From Eledone cirrhosa (lineage: Eukaryota): 64,000 nt of DNA. Positions 35,681 to 49,165 of this stretch are shown here, piece after piece. Made by a program: the position numbers and the translations under genes. The notes beneath the pieces were generated by a model. That model was not told the origin of the DNA and made no database searches. It was given only the letters and a program-made list of their open reading frames with translations. Within the stretch, counting starts at the first letter, position 1. Every line of letters starts with the position of its first letter. The stretch is taken from contig OZ024742.1 of NCBI GenBank assembly GCA_964016885.1, positions 207,452,001-207,516,000 on the forward strand, read 5' to 3'.

Positions 35681-38600
35681 GCTTTCTTTATTAACCACAA
35701 GGATTTACATAAAATAGACATTAAGGACAGTACAGGAAAATACAGGACGGTACAAATGGGCATTTCTGCGTGTAAAAAGCAAAATCAGAGGATCTAACAA
35801 AAAAATAACAATGAAAAATTCCCCAATAGGGGGGAGACTTCTGGGGGACATTCGTGGAGAAAGCCCATTAAAAAGCCTCAGTGACCCTGATCACCAGAGC
35901 AAGTGCCGTCTCCCAGTTTTCCACCTTTAATTTACAGACACATACTCAAAGTAGCCCATTCCCTCGGGCCATTCTTGCCTCTCTCACCCATCTTTCAACA
36001 AAATGATTTTCCTTTTCAAATGAAATTGGAAAAAGTTAATCAGGGCATCACCGAAGAGGTAAGTGCTCGTCTTCAGCCCTTTCAAACGTATCCACAATAC
36101 TATCTCTTTCACCATGGCCACCAGACAGATAAAAATTGCCTTCTCTTCACAGCTACAGGAAGAGGGCGGGGCAATCCTCACGATGGACTCAGCTGATAGC
36201 TGGATCCGTCCTACACGCGAGAGCAGGTGTTCGACATAAACCCACAAGTCAGCAATGCTCGGACACTGGACGAGTGCATACAGGACGGTTTCGTCGCCTT
36301 GACCGCATCTCGGACATGCCCGGCTAACGGCATTTCCGCGCCTGTAGAGTTTATCCCGAACTGGCAAAGCTCCTCGGTAGCACTTCCAGGCCAGGGATTT
36401 CTGGAAGTTGTCCAAAGTCCCCGGTCCGAAAGTTCTTCCGAAGGGGTTGGCAAGTTGATTTTCGTCGACGCCTAGAGTTTCCCCAAATACGTCGTTGCTC
36501 TTCCCCTCCACTAATCCTCTATAGAACATCAAGGTGGAGTTTCCACCGATCACATTGCCCGATTGGTCGAGGGCTGTGAGCGCCTGAAGACATTCCAGTT
36601 TCCAAGCGCTCCCTTTCGGTCTTCGCCTGACCCAGGATTGCAGCTCCGTCAAGCAGACGAGCTGGGGAAAGACGCGTCTAGCAAACGGCGACTACACCTG
36701 ATCACCGACGAGAAAAGGGTGGAGATGTAGCCTGAGCGCGTGTCTGCGCATCATCAGCCACGGCAGCCCAGCCCTCCATGTAGCGGGTGTTGACAGCAGA
36801 TGGACCGCCTAACCATCGAAAGGGCAAATGCTCCAGCGCAGTCAGGCGGGGCTTAGGACAAGGTACGACGGTCAGGCGGTAGTAGATGACGGACTCGATG
36901 TACGCGTTAGCCAACTCCGCTCGACCTTTCAGGGATAGCTTCCTCTCCGCCCATTTGTGGGTGAGAGAAGCCACCGTGCTCGTCACCTCGTCCCAGTTTT
37001 TGTCGGTCTGGAGGTCCGGACCAAACCAGAGCCCTAGCAATTTAAACGGTCCGTCCGTCCAGCACCCGACGACGCTGTTGGACGGCATGGACCTGCCTCT
37101 CCAGGTGCCGAGTTGCAAGCCCACTGATTTTTCCTGGTTGATCATTGCTCCTGTCCCGGCTTCGTATTCTCTTAGTGTAGTGCCGATCGCCTCGCTGTGT
37201 TTGGCGTTCGACACCAATACAGTGACATCGTCCGCATATGCTGACACGGATCTTCCGCATGCTAGTTCGCGCGGGACCCCCTTAACGTCTCCTGTTTGTG
37301 CAGTAATGGCTCAAGAGTCAATACGTACAAGAGGGACTAGAGGCGACATCCTTGGCGGACCAAGTGCTTGTAGTTGAACGGTTGCGAAAGGTGACCGTTC
37401 ACTCTCACCACAGAGCAGATGTCGCTGTGCATGGCAGCGATCCAGCCTCTGAAGGCGGGCCCAAAACCAGCCGCCCTCAGGACTGCCGCTAGGTAACGAT
37501 GGTCGACCCTATCGAAAGCTTTCGACTGATCTAAATTGATCAAGGACCCACCCGTGCCAGGTTCCCTAGCTACCCTCTCCACGATGTATCGCATGAGGTG
37601 GAGGTTGTCGTGGATGGATCTGTCGGGAATGGCGCCTCTCCCTTCCGATTACCAACAACAAGCGCCAACTTCTTTGCTAGCACCTTGGCCAAAATATTGA
37701 ACTCTGTGTTTAGCAGAGTTATGGGCCTGAAATTAGCTATGTTATCCCCCTTGTTCGGATCCTTTCTCATCATCGCCACCGCTCCTCGGCTCACAGAGCT
37801 GGGAATTCTCCCGTTCAGTAGACGTCCACCAAGAGGCCTCCGAGCAAGCCTGGCATCTGTACGTAGAGTTCATAGGGCAGACCATACAAACCAGTCGATT
37901 TACCACTTGTGCAGCCAGTCATTGCCTCCCGTACTTCAGCGGCTGTTATCGGCTTTTCGCAACACTCCGCCTCAGTGGCCGAGAGCCGCAGCAGTCCTCC
38001 GAGGTAGACAGTAAAGTCTATCCCTCAATCCGTCCCGCCGCTGCCCCCGAACAGCTGAGCGAAGTGTCGCTGAAAAGCTTCACACATTTACCCGGTATCG
38101 TGTAGCATGCGCCCGTCGTGGTCCACCAAAGACCGGATCGTGGCTTTGTTGCCACGACGCGCCTCCGCCACTCGGGCCCATTGAACGGCTTTCATCCCCT
38201 CGTGTCTGTGAGCACGCACCCTAGCTCTGACAACGCAGCCTTCGTGCTTTGCAATGAAGAATTGGTCAAGGGGCAATTTCGCCGCAAGCACGTCGGTGGG
38301 GATGTCTTTGATAAGCGGCTCGTCTAATTTTCTAACTAGTTCTCCCTCTGCTCTATTTTTCTCTATAGCTAAAGTCTTACTAAACCTAATGGACTCTATT
38401 CTAATCGCTCTTTTCAGAGCACACCACCACTTGTTGTTGACGATGGCCCCCTTCAACGCCCGCTTAACTAGTTCGCTAATCCGGTCTCTGTAGGACTTGC
38501 GCCTTGGTAAGGACGCGTTTAGCTTCCAGTTGCCGGGTCCTTGTCTATGAAGCCTATCTAAGTCAAGCACACAGATCACGATTTTGTGGTCCGTGCAGCT

Positions 38601-41436
38601 GACTATCTTGAATTGTGGACAGCCTATGCTACATTGTCCAAGTCCACATTGGCACATTCGGGAAATCCAATCGGTACCCTGTCAGACAGTTCAAAACGCC
38701 TGAGTAGGTTGGTGACGCTCTTGAACCCTACTCCCCAATCCGCTAATCCTACACAGTCCCGCGTGCATCTCAGATCCCGTTCCAGTCGCCCACTAACTCT
38801 AAAGAGTGGGACGTTCCAGAAAAGATCTCCAGACGCCGGAAGAAATCAGGCCGCTCCGCTCCTGTCGGGGCATAGACGGCCACTAGCCTGAAAGCTTGCC
38901 CGTCACCGCTGCTCACGTCCAGCACCACCAACTTACCTTCTGGGTCCAGAAAGATGGCCCGTATGGCGAGATCCAAACCTCTCCGAAAAAGCACAGCAAT
39001 TCCTCCCCCCTTTCCAGGACGGCTGGGAGATGCGAACACATCGTAGCCGCTGAAGATTGGTGCGAAGGCCCGTGCTTCGGAGATACTGGTCTCGCTGATG
39101 GCCACTACATCTTTGTTTAGTGACCTGAGGTCGTTGAGCAGGTGGCCCTGCTTCCATGACGACCCCAAGCCACGCGCATTTATGCTGCCTATTCTAAGTG
39201 AGGTCATGTTGAAAAGGAGTGGAAAAGATGAGAAAGACCACTTACCTTACTTCTCGTAGAGGAAGGATGGTTTGTCCATCCTTTTCACTGCTTGTGGCCT
39301 CCTCCGGAAGGATGTCCTTAGAAATCCTCCTGGAGAATGCTTGTTGGAAGTCTCCGATGTCTTTGGGGAATTTTTGTTTAGTGTCGTGCACGTTTTCTGT
39401 GTGATGCGAGTGATTTGTATGTGTGGAGGTGGTGTGAACTTTTGGGTTGTTGTGTAGTCTTTTTCTGTGATGCTGGTCTTGTGTTGGATGTAATGTAATA
39501 ATTGGTTGTTGTTCAAATTTAATTGTTTCTACTTTAGGCACAAGGCCAGCAATTACCCAGTGCATTACTGGTACTTTATTTTATCGACCCCGTAAGGATG
39601 AAAGGCAAAGTCAACCTCGGCGGGATTTGAACTCAGATCGTAAAGGGACGTAACTATGCTGGAAAGCATGGCGTCCGACCCTCTACCGATACTGCCAATC
39701 CACCGTTCAAATTTAATGCTGTCTAGTGTGTATCGTTTTGTTTGTTTTGTTTTTTTTGCATTTGTTGTGGGTTTGTTCTGTTTCTCTTTTTGGTGCCTTT
39801 TGTGGTGTTGGTGATGGTGGTGTTGGGGTTAATGATGGTGATGGTGTTGGTGTTTGTGGTGTGGATGGTGGCATAGCTGTCATAACTTTTTTGTTTTTTA
39901 GTTTATTTGTTTCCCACTGTATTTTGTTTTTGGAGTGGGAACGAAGTGAATATTTTCTTTTTTGTGTTCTTTTTTTTTTTTCCTGATACAGTTTCCCACT
40001 CCTCGCCGTCACAATCTGTCTCCAGTTGCGATAGGTCGGAGAGTGGAAAATCCTCCACAGGCGTTGGTTTTGATTGTGGCGTAGAGGATGGTGGACGCGC
40101 TATTGCTAGTTCTTGCGTGGTGTGTGGTGGTGGTGTTGGTTTTGCTACTGTTGCTGGGGTTGTTGCCACTACAGTTGCTTCTGTTGTTGCAGCTACTCTT
40201 GTTGCTGCCATTTCTGCTGCTGGTGGTGTTGATGTTTGATTCACTGAGGTGGGTAAGAGAGGTAGTCTCAACTTTTTAGCCTGAGGGCAGAAACCTTTAG
40301 GTGGGCTCCTTCACCACAAACGACACACTTAGGCCTTGTATCCTCAACGATTACAGTGAGGTGGCTGCCGTCAGTGAGGTCTATCACCTCTGGGATGTCC
40401 TCTATGCTTTTTTGGTCCGCTTGGATCAGGAGCTCCATCCCAGATCCGGACCAGTTCTCCTGCTTTTCTTTTGTTATTTCAATTATTTTGGTGTTGGCCT
40501 CGATGCGGGCGACGACGGCAGCCATTAGCCAGGGAATTTCGATGGCCGGTGAAACGTGGGTCACCCTGATCTTCACAAGTCTCTGGCCACAATAGCTTGG
40601 GACGAGTGTGAAATCGTCGCTTCTTAATGGGGCCATGTGGTGCTCTCTGGCTTCCTGTGGTGTTCCAAACAACACGTCCACGGTTCCATACTTCTGCTCA
40701 CGTCTAATGTGGGGTTTTTCGCCCACACATGTCCCAAAGCTTTCTGTATTTTGAACTCGGATGCCCGTTCAACTCGGCGTAATTTTGTGTTTATCGTCCG
40801 ATAAGACACGGTGCATAGGCGTCGATGCTCCAGTTTATTAGGTGTGTGTGTGTGTGGGGGGGGGGTGAGGCTGACACTGTACCCATCTTTTTTTTTTCCA
40901 TTCTCTTGGCTTCATATAATTCATCCTGGCTTACCTGGATTGTTTCGCTCTTTTTAGCTGCTTTCGCAAACGACACATTTGCGCTGGTGTTGATGTTTTT
41001 GTTGTTATTCTTATTGTTTTTGTTGCTGTTGTTGTTATTGTTATTTTTGTTATTGCTATTTTTAGTTTTAGTTGTGCTGGTGGTGGCGTCAGTGGTGTTC
41101 GGTGTGGAACAGTCGATTCTGGGTGAATCCATTTCGATGTCACGAGATAATAATTTTTTTTCTGTTGTCGCTGTGGTGGTAGTAGTGGGGGTGGCGGCTT
41201 TTTCACCTGCAGTTATTGTTAATGGCGGAAATGAATGTCTGCACGAGACAAATTTAAATTATTGCTACTGCTTATATTTTTAGTGTTGGCAAACGTAGTA
41301 ATATTTACAATGGTGGTGTTGGTGTGAGGAGTTAGTTTGTGAGGAAGGCTGTCAGCTCCGTGTGGCTGTGAGTCGTCCATGTTTTTTCAAAGAAAGTTTT
41401 TGTTTGATAATTATAAAAGTTTAAATTTTGGCCACA
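35681..41436 (-). mobile_element. Tx1 copy D (near full-length, degenerate; same subfamily as A)
   Basis: ORF2 fragments from ATG 39207 (SINARGL, AYADD). ORF1 fragments from ATG 41380 include CVVCGEGAHL. The 3' end abuts (AAT)7. Confidence 0.92.
39521..39705 (-). mobile_element. tRNA-SINE inserted in copy D ORF1, 13-bp TSD
   Basis: TSD gttcaaatttaat at 39511-39523 and 39705-39717. Confidence 0.93.
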
Positions 41437-43631
41437 AGGTTCCGAGCTGCAAGCCCCCCGACTTTTCTGGGTTAAGTTTGGCTCCTGTCAACCTTTCATA
41501 TTCCTTCAATAAGGTGCCGACCACCTCAATTTCTGAGGTGTCCGACACCATCACAGTGATGTCGTCCGCACAAGCCGACACCGCCTTTCTACGTCTTGGT
41601 TCGAGCGGGATGCCCTGCAACAGCTCCAGCTTCCGCAGTAAAGGCTCGAGAGTCAATACGTACAGAAGGGAAGAGAGAGGGCACCTTTGACGGACCGATC
41701 GGGAGAGCCGGATTGGTTCCGAGAGGTGGCCATTAATCTTGACCACCGAGCGTGTGCTACTTTGCATTGCAGCGATCCAGCTTCTGAAGACAGGGCCGAA
41801 GCCAGCCGCTTTGAGGATAAACTCGAGATACCGATGGTCGACCCTATCGAATGCTTTTGATTGATCTAAATTGATCAGTGCCCCACCGAAGCCAGGTTTA
41901 CACCCGACCCTCTCTATGATGTATCGCATGAGGTGGAGATTGTCGTGTATGGACCTGTCTGGGATTGCGCAAGTTTGCGCCTCCCCAACCAAATCCTCGA
42001 CGACAATCGCCAATCTCTTAGCTAACACCTTGGCCAAAATCTTAAACTTTGTGTTGAGCAGAGTTATGGGCCTGAAGTTGTCTAATGTATCCCTCTTGTT
42101 CTCGTCTTTCCTTATCAGCATCACCACTCTCCTGCTGAGTGTCTCTTTATCTGCGTGGGCGTTTATTGTTTTGTCTATGTGTATAATTGGAGGGATAGGG
42201 GAGTGGGAGAGCTTTCCTCGTTTTCCCCTTGGAATTGGTTTCGGCGTTGGTGTTGGTGCGGCTGTTTTTGGTGTTGGTGTCCGTGTCTATGTTGGTGTTG
42301 TTTTTGGTGGAGGTGGTGCAGCTTTCCGTGCTGACACTGGCGTTGGCAACAAAGGAGGTTTGCGAACCCCGGCATTTTTGCGCTTGGGGCAGAAAGCTTG
42401 CAAATGCGTTGCTTCCCCGCAGACGAAGCAGTGCGGCCTTCTTACCTCGGTGATTAGTTGGAGTGTTGTCCCGTCCTGCAGGCGGCAAAAATCCGGGATG
42501 TTGTTCATGTCCTCTGGTTTCATTTGGAGAAGAATCTCCAAATCCATTCTGGACCAGTCTTCTCTCTCTGTCCTTTTGATATCCAGGAGGGTAGTGTCTG
42601 TTCCCTCCTCGATTACGCATCCCAGGAGCCATCATATGTACATTCCTGGTGGGATCCTGGGAATGTGGACCTTTACTGTCCTTTTGCCCATGTAGGACGG
42701 GTGCATGATAATGCGTTCCGTTCTGCAGGGGGTCACCGAGTGCTCAATAGCAGGGGCTTCGGTCTTGAACAGTACCGAGATGGTTTCGAACTGTTTGGCC
42801 CTTGCTTCATACTCTATGTCACTTCCGATGCACTACAAAGCAGCCTCGACCTCTGTTGGCTGGCAAGTTCCACTTTGCGTGTCTGCACTAAAATGCATCG
42901 AAAGTACACCGTCCTCCTTTGCATGGCCGCTATTGCCTAGTCCGGGATGGTCAGGTTTGCCCAGGACTTCTCCCGTTTAATTAACCTCCACGCCTGGGCC
43001 AACTGTTCGCCTTTATCGCTAATAACAATATTCAATAAGCGCTTTGTTTTTGCTGCTGTTGCAGCAAAGTGGTGCATCTTTTGCTGTTGTTGTTGGTGTT
43101 GTCGTTCTTGCTGTTGTTGTTGGTGTTGTTGTGGTTGTTTTGTTTGTTGTTGCTGTTGCCACCTCATCCGTGTTTACATTGTTTACATTGAAGCTGTCGG
43201 TGATATTGTGGTTGTTGTGGTGGTGGTGGAGGCGGTGGTGGTGATGGTGATGTTGTTTTGAGATGATACTGCTACTATCACAGAGGGAGCGGTTGTGGTG
43301 GTAGCTCTTGTGTTTCGCCTTCACATTCCGTGGAATGGTCGACAGACATGTCTGTAGCAGTAGTAGTTGTGGTGAGATCTACAGTGGCTGCTTTTGAACT
43401 TTTGAACTGAACGTTCTTTACCGTTTCAAGGTCGAACATTTCTATCTTTTTGGGGGGGTGAGGAAGCGATTTTTTCGAAGTTTTTAAAGCCCGAATATTG
43501 AGAGGTCTCCCATCCTTAAAACCAAGGTGGGTACCTTATGCTTCATTAACGACAAGAAAATACAAAAAAAATATACTTTAAAACAGCTTCAAGTTACCAA
43601 AATTTTCCCCCGCAGACTTGTGCGTCCAGAA
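41437..43631 (-). mobile_element. Tx1 copy E: 5'UTR + ORF1 joined to an RT-core fragment (EN deleted, 3'-truncated); subfamily of C
   Basis: ORF1 pieces (CFVCGEATHLQAFC) at 42130-43349, and RT at 41437-42127 closely similar to copy C. The 5' end abuts (AAT)n at 43632. Confidence 0.88.
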
Positions 43632-43705
<74 letters not shown>

Positions 43706-43707
43706 TA
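43632..43707. repeat. (AAT)n microsatellite between Tx1 copy E and the Dong-like element
   Basis: More than 20 AAT units. Further tracts at 45890-45947, 46373-46390 and 46622-46639. Confidence 0.95.
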
Positions 43708-45889
43708 GTGCAGGGGTATTGGATAAAAAATATAACATCCCTCCACCCGAAACTGACAACCATCTTCAATGACTGCTTGATGTCAGGTGAGGTACCAGAT
43801 TGGTTGACAAAAGGTACCACAGTTCTGGTAATGAAAGACCGAATCAAGGGTAATGATGTTACCAACTATAGACCTATCACATGTCTGTCCGTAATGTGGA
43901 AACTGTTGACAAGCATTATGTCTGAGGAAATCTACCATCACCTTCACACAAACAACTTGTTACCGGACGAACAGAAAGGATGCCGAAAGAAGTCCCGTGG
44001 TACAAAGGACCAGTTACTTATTGATAAGATGGTAATGAGGAATTGCAAGAGGAGACACACTGGTCTTGCCATGGGATGGATAGATTACAAAAAGGCATTT
44101 GACATGGTACCTCATTCTTGGATCACCAAAAACCTAGAGATCTTCAAGGTGGCAGATAACATCAGACACTTGTTGGGCAAAAGTATGAAGTCCTGGAAAA
44201 CAGAGTGAACATCAGCTGGAGAATCCTTGGGAGGCGTGAAGATCAAGAGAGGTATCTTCCAGGGAGATAGTCTGTCCCCTCTGTTGTTTGTCCTTGCCCT
44301 GATGCCCCTGACCATTATACTGCGAAAAGTGATAGCAGGATACAAGTTGGGAAAGGGAGAGCTTACCACCAATCACCTCCTCTTCATGGACGATCTTAAG
44401 CTCTTCGGGAAGAGTGAGAAGGAGTTGGATGTGCTTGTTGACACTATCCGTATTTTCAGTAATGATATATGTATGCAATTTGGTATTAGTAAGTGTGGAG
44501 TCCTTGTGATGAAGAGAGGTAAATTGAGCAGAAGCAACGGAATCCAGGTACCAACAGGTGAGATGATAAAGGAAATTGACACTGAAGAAGGATACAAGTA
44601 TTTTGGTGTTCTGGAGGCTGATGTCATCAAGAACAAAAAAATGAAGGAATTGATAAGATCTGAATACATTCGGAGAGTAAGGAGCGTATTAAAGTCACAT
44701 CTGAACAGTAGGAATGCCACAAGTGCAGTAAATTCCCTTGCTGTGTCTATTATTAGGTACAGTGCAGGAATTCTGAGATGGAATGTTTCTGAACAAAAAG
44801 AAATGGATAGGAAGACTAGGAAGCTATTGACTATCTACAACATGTTCCACAAGAAGAGTGATGTCGATAGACTCTACTTATGGAGATCTGAAGGTGGAAG
44901 AGGTCTTATCAGCATAGAGGACTGTGTTCAGATGGAGAAAAACAACCTGCACAAATATGTGACCTACAGTAGGGAGCCAATTTTTAGAACTGTACTGAAG
45001 GGGAGAACAATAGACCAGGGGATGTCCAAGAAGGAAATAACCACAAGGAGGAAGACCAACCTTAATGAAAATCCCTTCATAGTACCTTCTTTGAGAAAAC
45101 TGAATTTAGAGATTCACAGACATGGAACTGGTTAAAAAGAGGAGACCTTAAAAAGGCTACAGAAGGAATGTTAATGGCTGCGCAAGAGCAGGCACTGAAA
45201 ACGAAGTGGGTGAAACACCATATTTACATTGTGGAAGCTAGCCCACTGTGTAGGATCTGTGGAGAGAGAGAGGAGACGGTGGCTCACATTGTATCCGAGT
45301 GTAAACACCTAGCGCAGACTCACTATAAAGGCTGGAGACATGATGTGATGGGCAGGGTGATCCTCTGGTACCTATGCAAAGTAAACAATTTACCACATTA
45401 TGAGAATAAACCAGAGTCGGTGATAGAAAACGATCAGGTGAAGGTGCTATGGGATTTTAGGATACAGACGAATAAGAAACAGGAACACAATAGGCCTGTC
45501 CTGGTGGTTTTGGACAAGGAAAAAATATCGTGTCTGATTGTAGATGTAGCCTACCCATTTGACACGAGAATGCAAGAAAAGGAGAGGGAGAAAATTAACC
45601 GATACTAAGATTGAAAGTGGGAGGTAAAAAGGATTTGGAACTGCCATGAAGTCAGAATCGTCCCGATTGTTATAAGCGCACTAGGTACTATCTCAAAGAG
45701 TTTCCAGGGATGGTTAAAGAAAGTTAGTCCAGCCCCGCTTTTTGGAACACTTCAAAAGGCATGCTTGCTGGGAACAGCAAGAACCATCTGATACGTCCTG
45801 AATATCTGAGGCTGAAGGTAGCGACTTGATATTCATTTCAACAGACTTTCCAATTAAATAACATCAATGACTGAGACTCAAAGAAGAAC
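43708..45889 (+). mobile_element. R4-clade (Dong-like) RLE non-LTR retrotransposon, 5'-truncated pseudogene
   Basis: GYWIK, NYRPITCL, EQKGC, WIDYKKAFDMVPH, RGIFQGDSLSPLLF and HLLFMDDLKL; then CRICGEREETVAHIVSEC, RHD and a degenerate PD-(D/E)xK domain. Stops at 44206 and 45606. Flanked by (TAA)n, the known Dong target. Confidence 0.9.
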
Positions 45890-45947
<58 letters not shown>

Positions 45948-45948
<1 letters not shown>

Positions 45949-46372
45949 GGATACAGACGGACAAGAAACTGGAACACAATAGACCTGACCTGGTGGTTGT
46001 GGACAAAGAAAAAAGATCGTGTCTGATTGTGGATGTGGCCTGCCCATTCGACACGAGAGTGCAAGAGAAGGAGAGGGAGAAAATTAACCGATACCAGGAT
46101 TTAAAGTGGGAGGTAAAAAGGATTTGGAACTGCCATGAAGTCAAAGTGATCCCGATTGTCATAGGCGCACTGGGGACTATCTCCAAAAGTTTCCAGGAAT
46201 GGTTAAAGAAAATCGGCCCCTTCACGCTTTTTGGAACGCTTCAAAAGGCATGCTTGCTGGGAACAGCAAGAACCCTCCGATACGTCCTGAATATCTGAGG
46301 CTGCAGGTAGTGGCTTGATATTCATTCCAACGGACTTTCCAGTTAACTAACATCATTGACTGAGATTCAAGG
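45948..46372 (+). mobile_element. Second, heavily 5'-truncated Dong-like copy (RLE domain + 3'UTR)
   Basis: HNRPDLVVVDK..IVDVACPFD..EKINRYQDLKWE..IVIGALG. The 3'UTR is similar to 45810-45889. (AAT)n on both sides. Confidence 0.9.
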
Positions 46373-46390
46373 AATAATAATAATACTAAT

Positions 46391-46621
46391 GATTTCTTTA
46401 TTGGCCACAAGGGCTGACATCAAGAAAAACATTACAGGATGGTACGATGTGGGTTTTGTGCGTGTAAAATTTTTATTATTTATATTAAAAAGAAAAAAAA
46501 AGACATAGAAACATATATATATATATATAAACAATAAACATGAAAATTGAAACAATGAAAAATCCCCAATAGGGGGGAAACCTCCGAGGGTTACTCGTGG
46601 CGAAAACCACACAAAAGACCA
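46391..46621 (-). mobile_element. Tx1 copy F: 3'UTR-only insertion, near-identical to the copy A 3' end
   Basis: Matches 15832-16071. AAT repeats on both sides. Confidence 0.9.
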
Positions 46622-46631
46622 TAATAATAAT

Positions 46632-46848
46632 AACAATAATTTCTACTATAGGCACAAGGCCAACAATTTTGGGGGAGGTAAAGTCGATTAAATCAACCCC
46701 AGTATGTGATTGGTGCTTCAGTTTAACGACCCCCGTAATAATGAAAGGCAAAGCTAACCTCGGCGGGATTTGAACTCAGAACGTAAAGGGACGTAACTAT
46801 ATGCTGCGAAGCATGGTGTCCGACGCTCTACCGAAACTGTCAATCCTC
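46632..46848 (-). mobile_element. tRNA-SINE (long subtype)
   Basis: Core, B-box and the gtcgattaaatc insert. The tail abuts (AAT)n. Confidence 0.85.
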
Positions 46849-47206
46849 TAACAACATCACTGGTTAAAATAACTGTAACAACAATAAGAACGCCAACAAC
46901 AAATGTAACAGCAATGCTGTAGCAAAAATAGCAAGTTTAACAAAAACTACAATAAGAATAGAATCATCAGTAACAGAAACAATAGAATCAGTAGAGTAAC
47001 ACCTATAACAACGACAGTGATACTATCAATAAGAACTACAACAACTATAGTATCAGTACAGCAGTTCTAGCAATATCAATAGTAACAGCAACATCAATAT
47101 GAGTAACAATATCAACAACAAAAAACCTCAACAATAACAGCAATATATTGTAATGCCAGTCGCAGTAAGATAAACATTAAGTGTAACATCAGAACTGTAA
47201 CACCTT

Positions 47207-47752
47207 TATGGGGTCGATAAAATAAATAACCAGTGATGCACTGAGGTCGATTTAATTGACTTTCCTCTCTCCCAAAATTTCTGGCATTGTGCTTATAGTA
47301 GAAATCATTCTTTTTAACATTAGCAATAACAATTATAACATTATCAGTAACAGCAATAATTGTAATAAGAACATCAACAGTAACAGCAACAAATATAACC
47401 AGAAATTCATCTCTAACAGAAACAGTAACATAAGTAACGGCATGAACTTCAACATTATCAGTTAAAACACCAATTGTAATGACGTGAAACAGTTGCAGCA
47501 ACTCTTGTAACAATGACAATATAACGTGATGGATTGGCAGAGTCGTTAGTGCTTCGGATAAAATGCTTTGTGATATTTATTCCGGATTTCTGCACTCTCA
47601 CTCCAGATCTCGATGAAGTCAAATTTGCTTTTCATCCTTTCGGGATCGATAAAACGAGTTCAAAAGCGGTGGACTTGGAGGACTGTTAGAACATCAAATG
47701 AGATGCCTTAAAATATTTGTTCAGGCTCTTTAATTTCTGAGTTCAAATTCCT
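47207..47752 (+). mobile_element. Degenerate SINE fragments (47207-47310, 47527-47655, 47668-47752)
   Basis: ggggtcgataaaataaataaccag; ggattggcagagtcgttag; gagttcaaattcc. Confidence 0.65.
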
Positions 47753-48511
47753 ACCTGGGAGATAGATTTAATTTAAAACAATCACCTAGTCATTGAATGC
47801 GTTATGCGGAGTCCACTCCTTTGAAAACATATGACCCGTATCTCCAGTGGATTTAGGTCGTCTACCTCTCGCATCTACTAGCCCTGGATGCCTTGAAATG
47901 GGTCATGGACACTGGCCCTCTTTCCATGTCTAAAGAACAAGACAAAAAAGGGTGACAACAATTCTAACACGATCAGAACAATTACAACAAGGTTAATAAC
48001 GATAACAGTAACAACTGTAAGAATAACTTTACCAAAGGCAGCTGAAACATCATTTACAAGAACAACAACAGCAATATGAAGAACAATAACATCAAAAATA
48101 GCATCACTAACAAGGTAGTAACTGTTACCACGGCAACAATAACATTCAGCAATGGAATGGAAAAGATGTATCTCCGTCGTTTTCGAAGCTGACTTTGAAA
48201 ATTGTTCGATCAACGGAGCGAACTGCTCGTGAAATTAATCTGCTGCAAGTAACTGAGCATTTATTAGAGACATGGACCCTTAAATTAATTCTCAGGTAGA
48301 TTCAGTGTGACATAGTGGTTGACAAGGATATCCCTCGGAATTATAAGTACTGTCAATCCAACGGAATGCCAAACAGTTCCTTTTCAATCTTTGCTGAGAT
48401 CACGAGGCGGGACTAACCATACAATTTCATTTATGGAAGTTGCATATGGAATAAATTTACTTATATTTACTATATATTAGTAACAATATCAATAAAGTGA
48501 TATACCAGCCT

Positions 48512-48897
48512 TAATAATTGTTTCTACTTTCGGCACAAGGCCAGCAAAAACCCAGTGTATTACTGGTACTTTATTTTATCGTCCCCGAAAGATGAAAGGC
48601 AAAGTTAACCCGGCGGGATTTGAACTCAGAATGGCAAGGGCCGTAACTCTTTGCTGCAAAGCATGGCGTCCAACCCTCTATCCATACTGCCAATGATTTC
48701 TGATTAAGACTCAAGGCCAACAATTTTGGAGGAAATGGAAAGTTGATTAAATCGACCCCAGAGCATTACTGGTACTTTATTTTATCGACCCCGTAAGGAT
48801 GAAAGGCAAAGCTAACCTCGGCGGAATTTGAATTCAGAATGTAAAGGGCCATATCTCTATGGCCATAAGCATGTTGTGTGACGCTCTACCGATTCTA
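48512..48897 (-). mobile_element. Tandem SINE pair (short 48512-48692; long 48693-48897)
   Basis: Two consecutive reverse-complement copies. Confidence 0.87.
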
Positions 48898-49165
48898 ATA
48901 ACACTCTTCCTTCATGAGTTATTATTGTGTATCTATCTCTCTCTTTCTCGCAGTCTACATTACTAGTTATTATCATGTATAGCTTGACTCGAAGCTTTAG
49001 TAAAGGAAATTTTCCGACGATGCCAAGCAGTGGTTCATATCCGGGACCTTATTGCAATGTAGCGATCACTTTAAAGCTTCGGATATGCTGCTCCTATATT
49101 CAACAGCAACAATATCATAGATAACAACAGTAACTTATAAAAGCTACCGCAGCGACAACAACAAT

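Noticed and set aside
43632-46640. Regular repeat-spacer pattern as a CRISPR-like array
   Set aside because: The repeats are simple (AAT)n, the spacers are retrotransposons, and there are no cas genes in this eukaryotic context.
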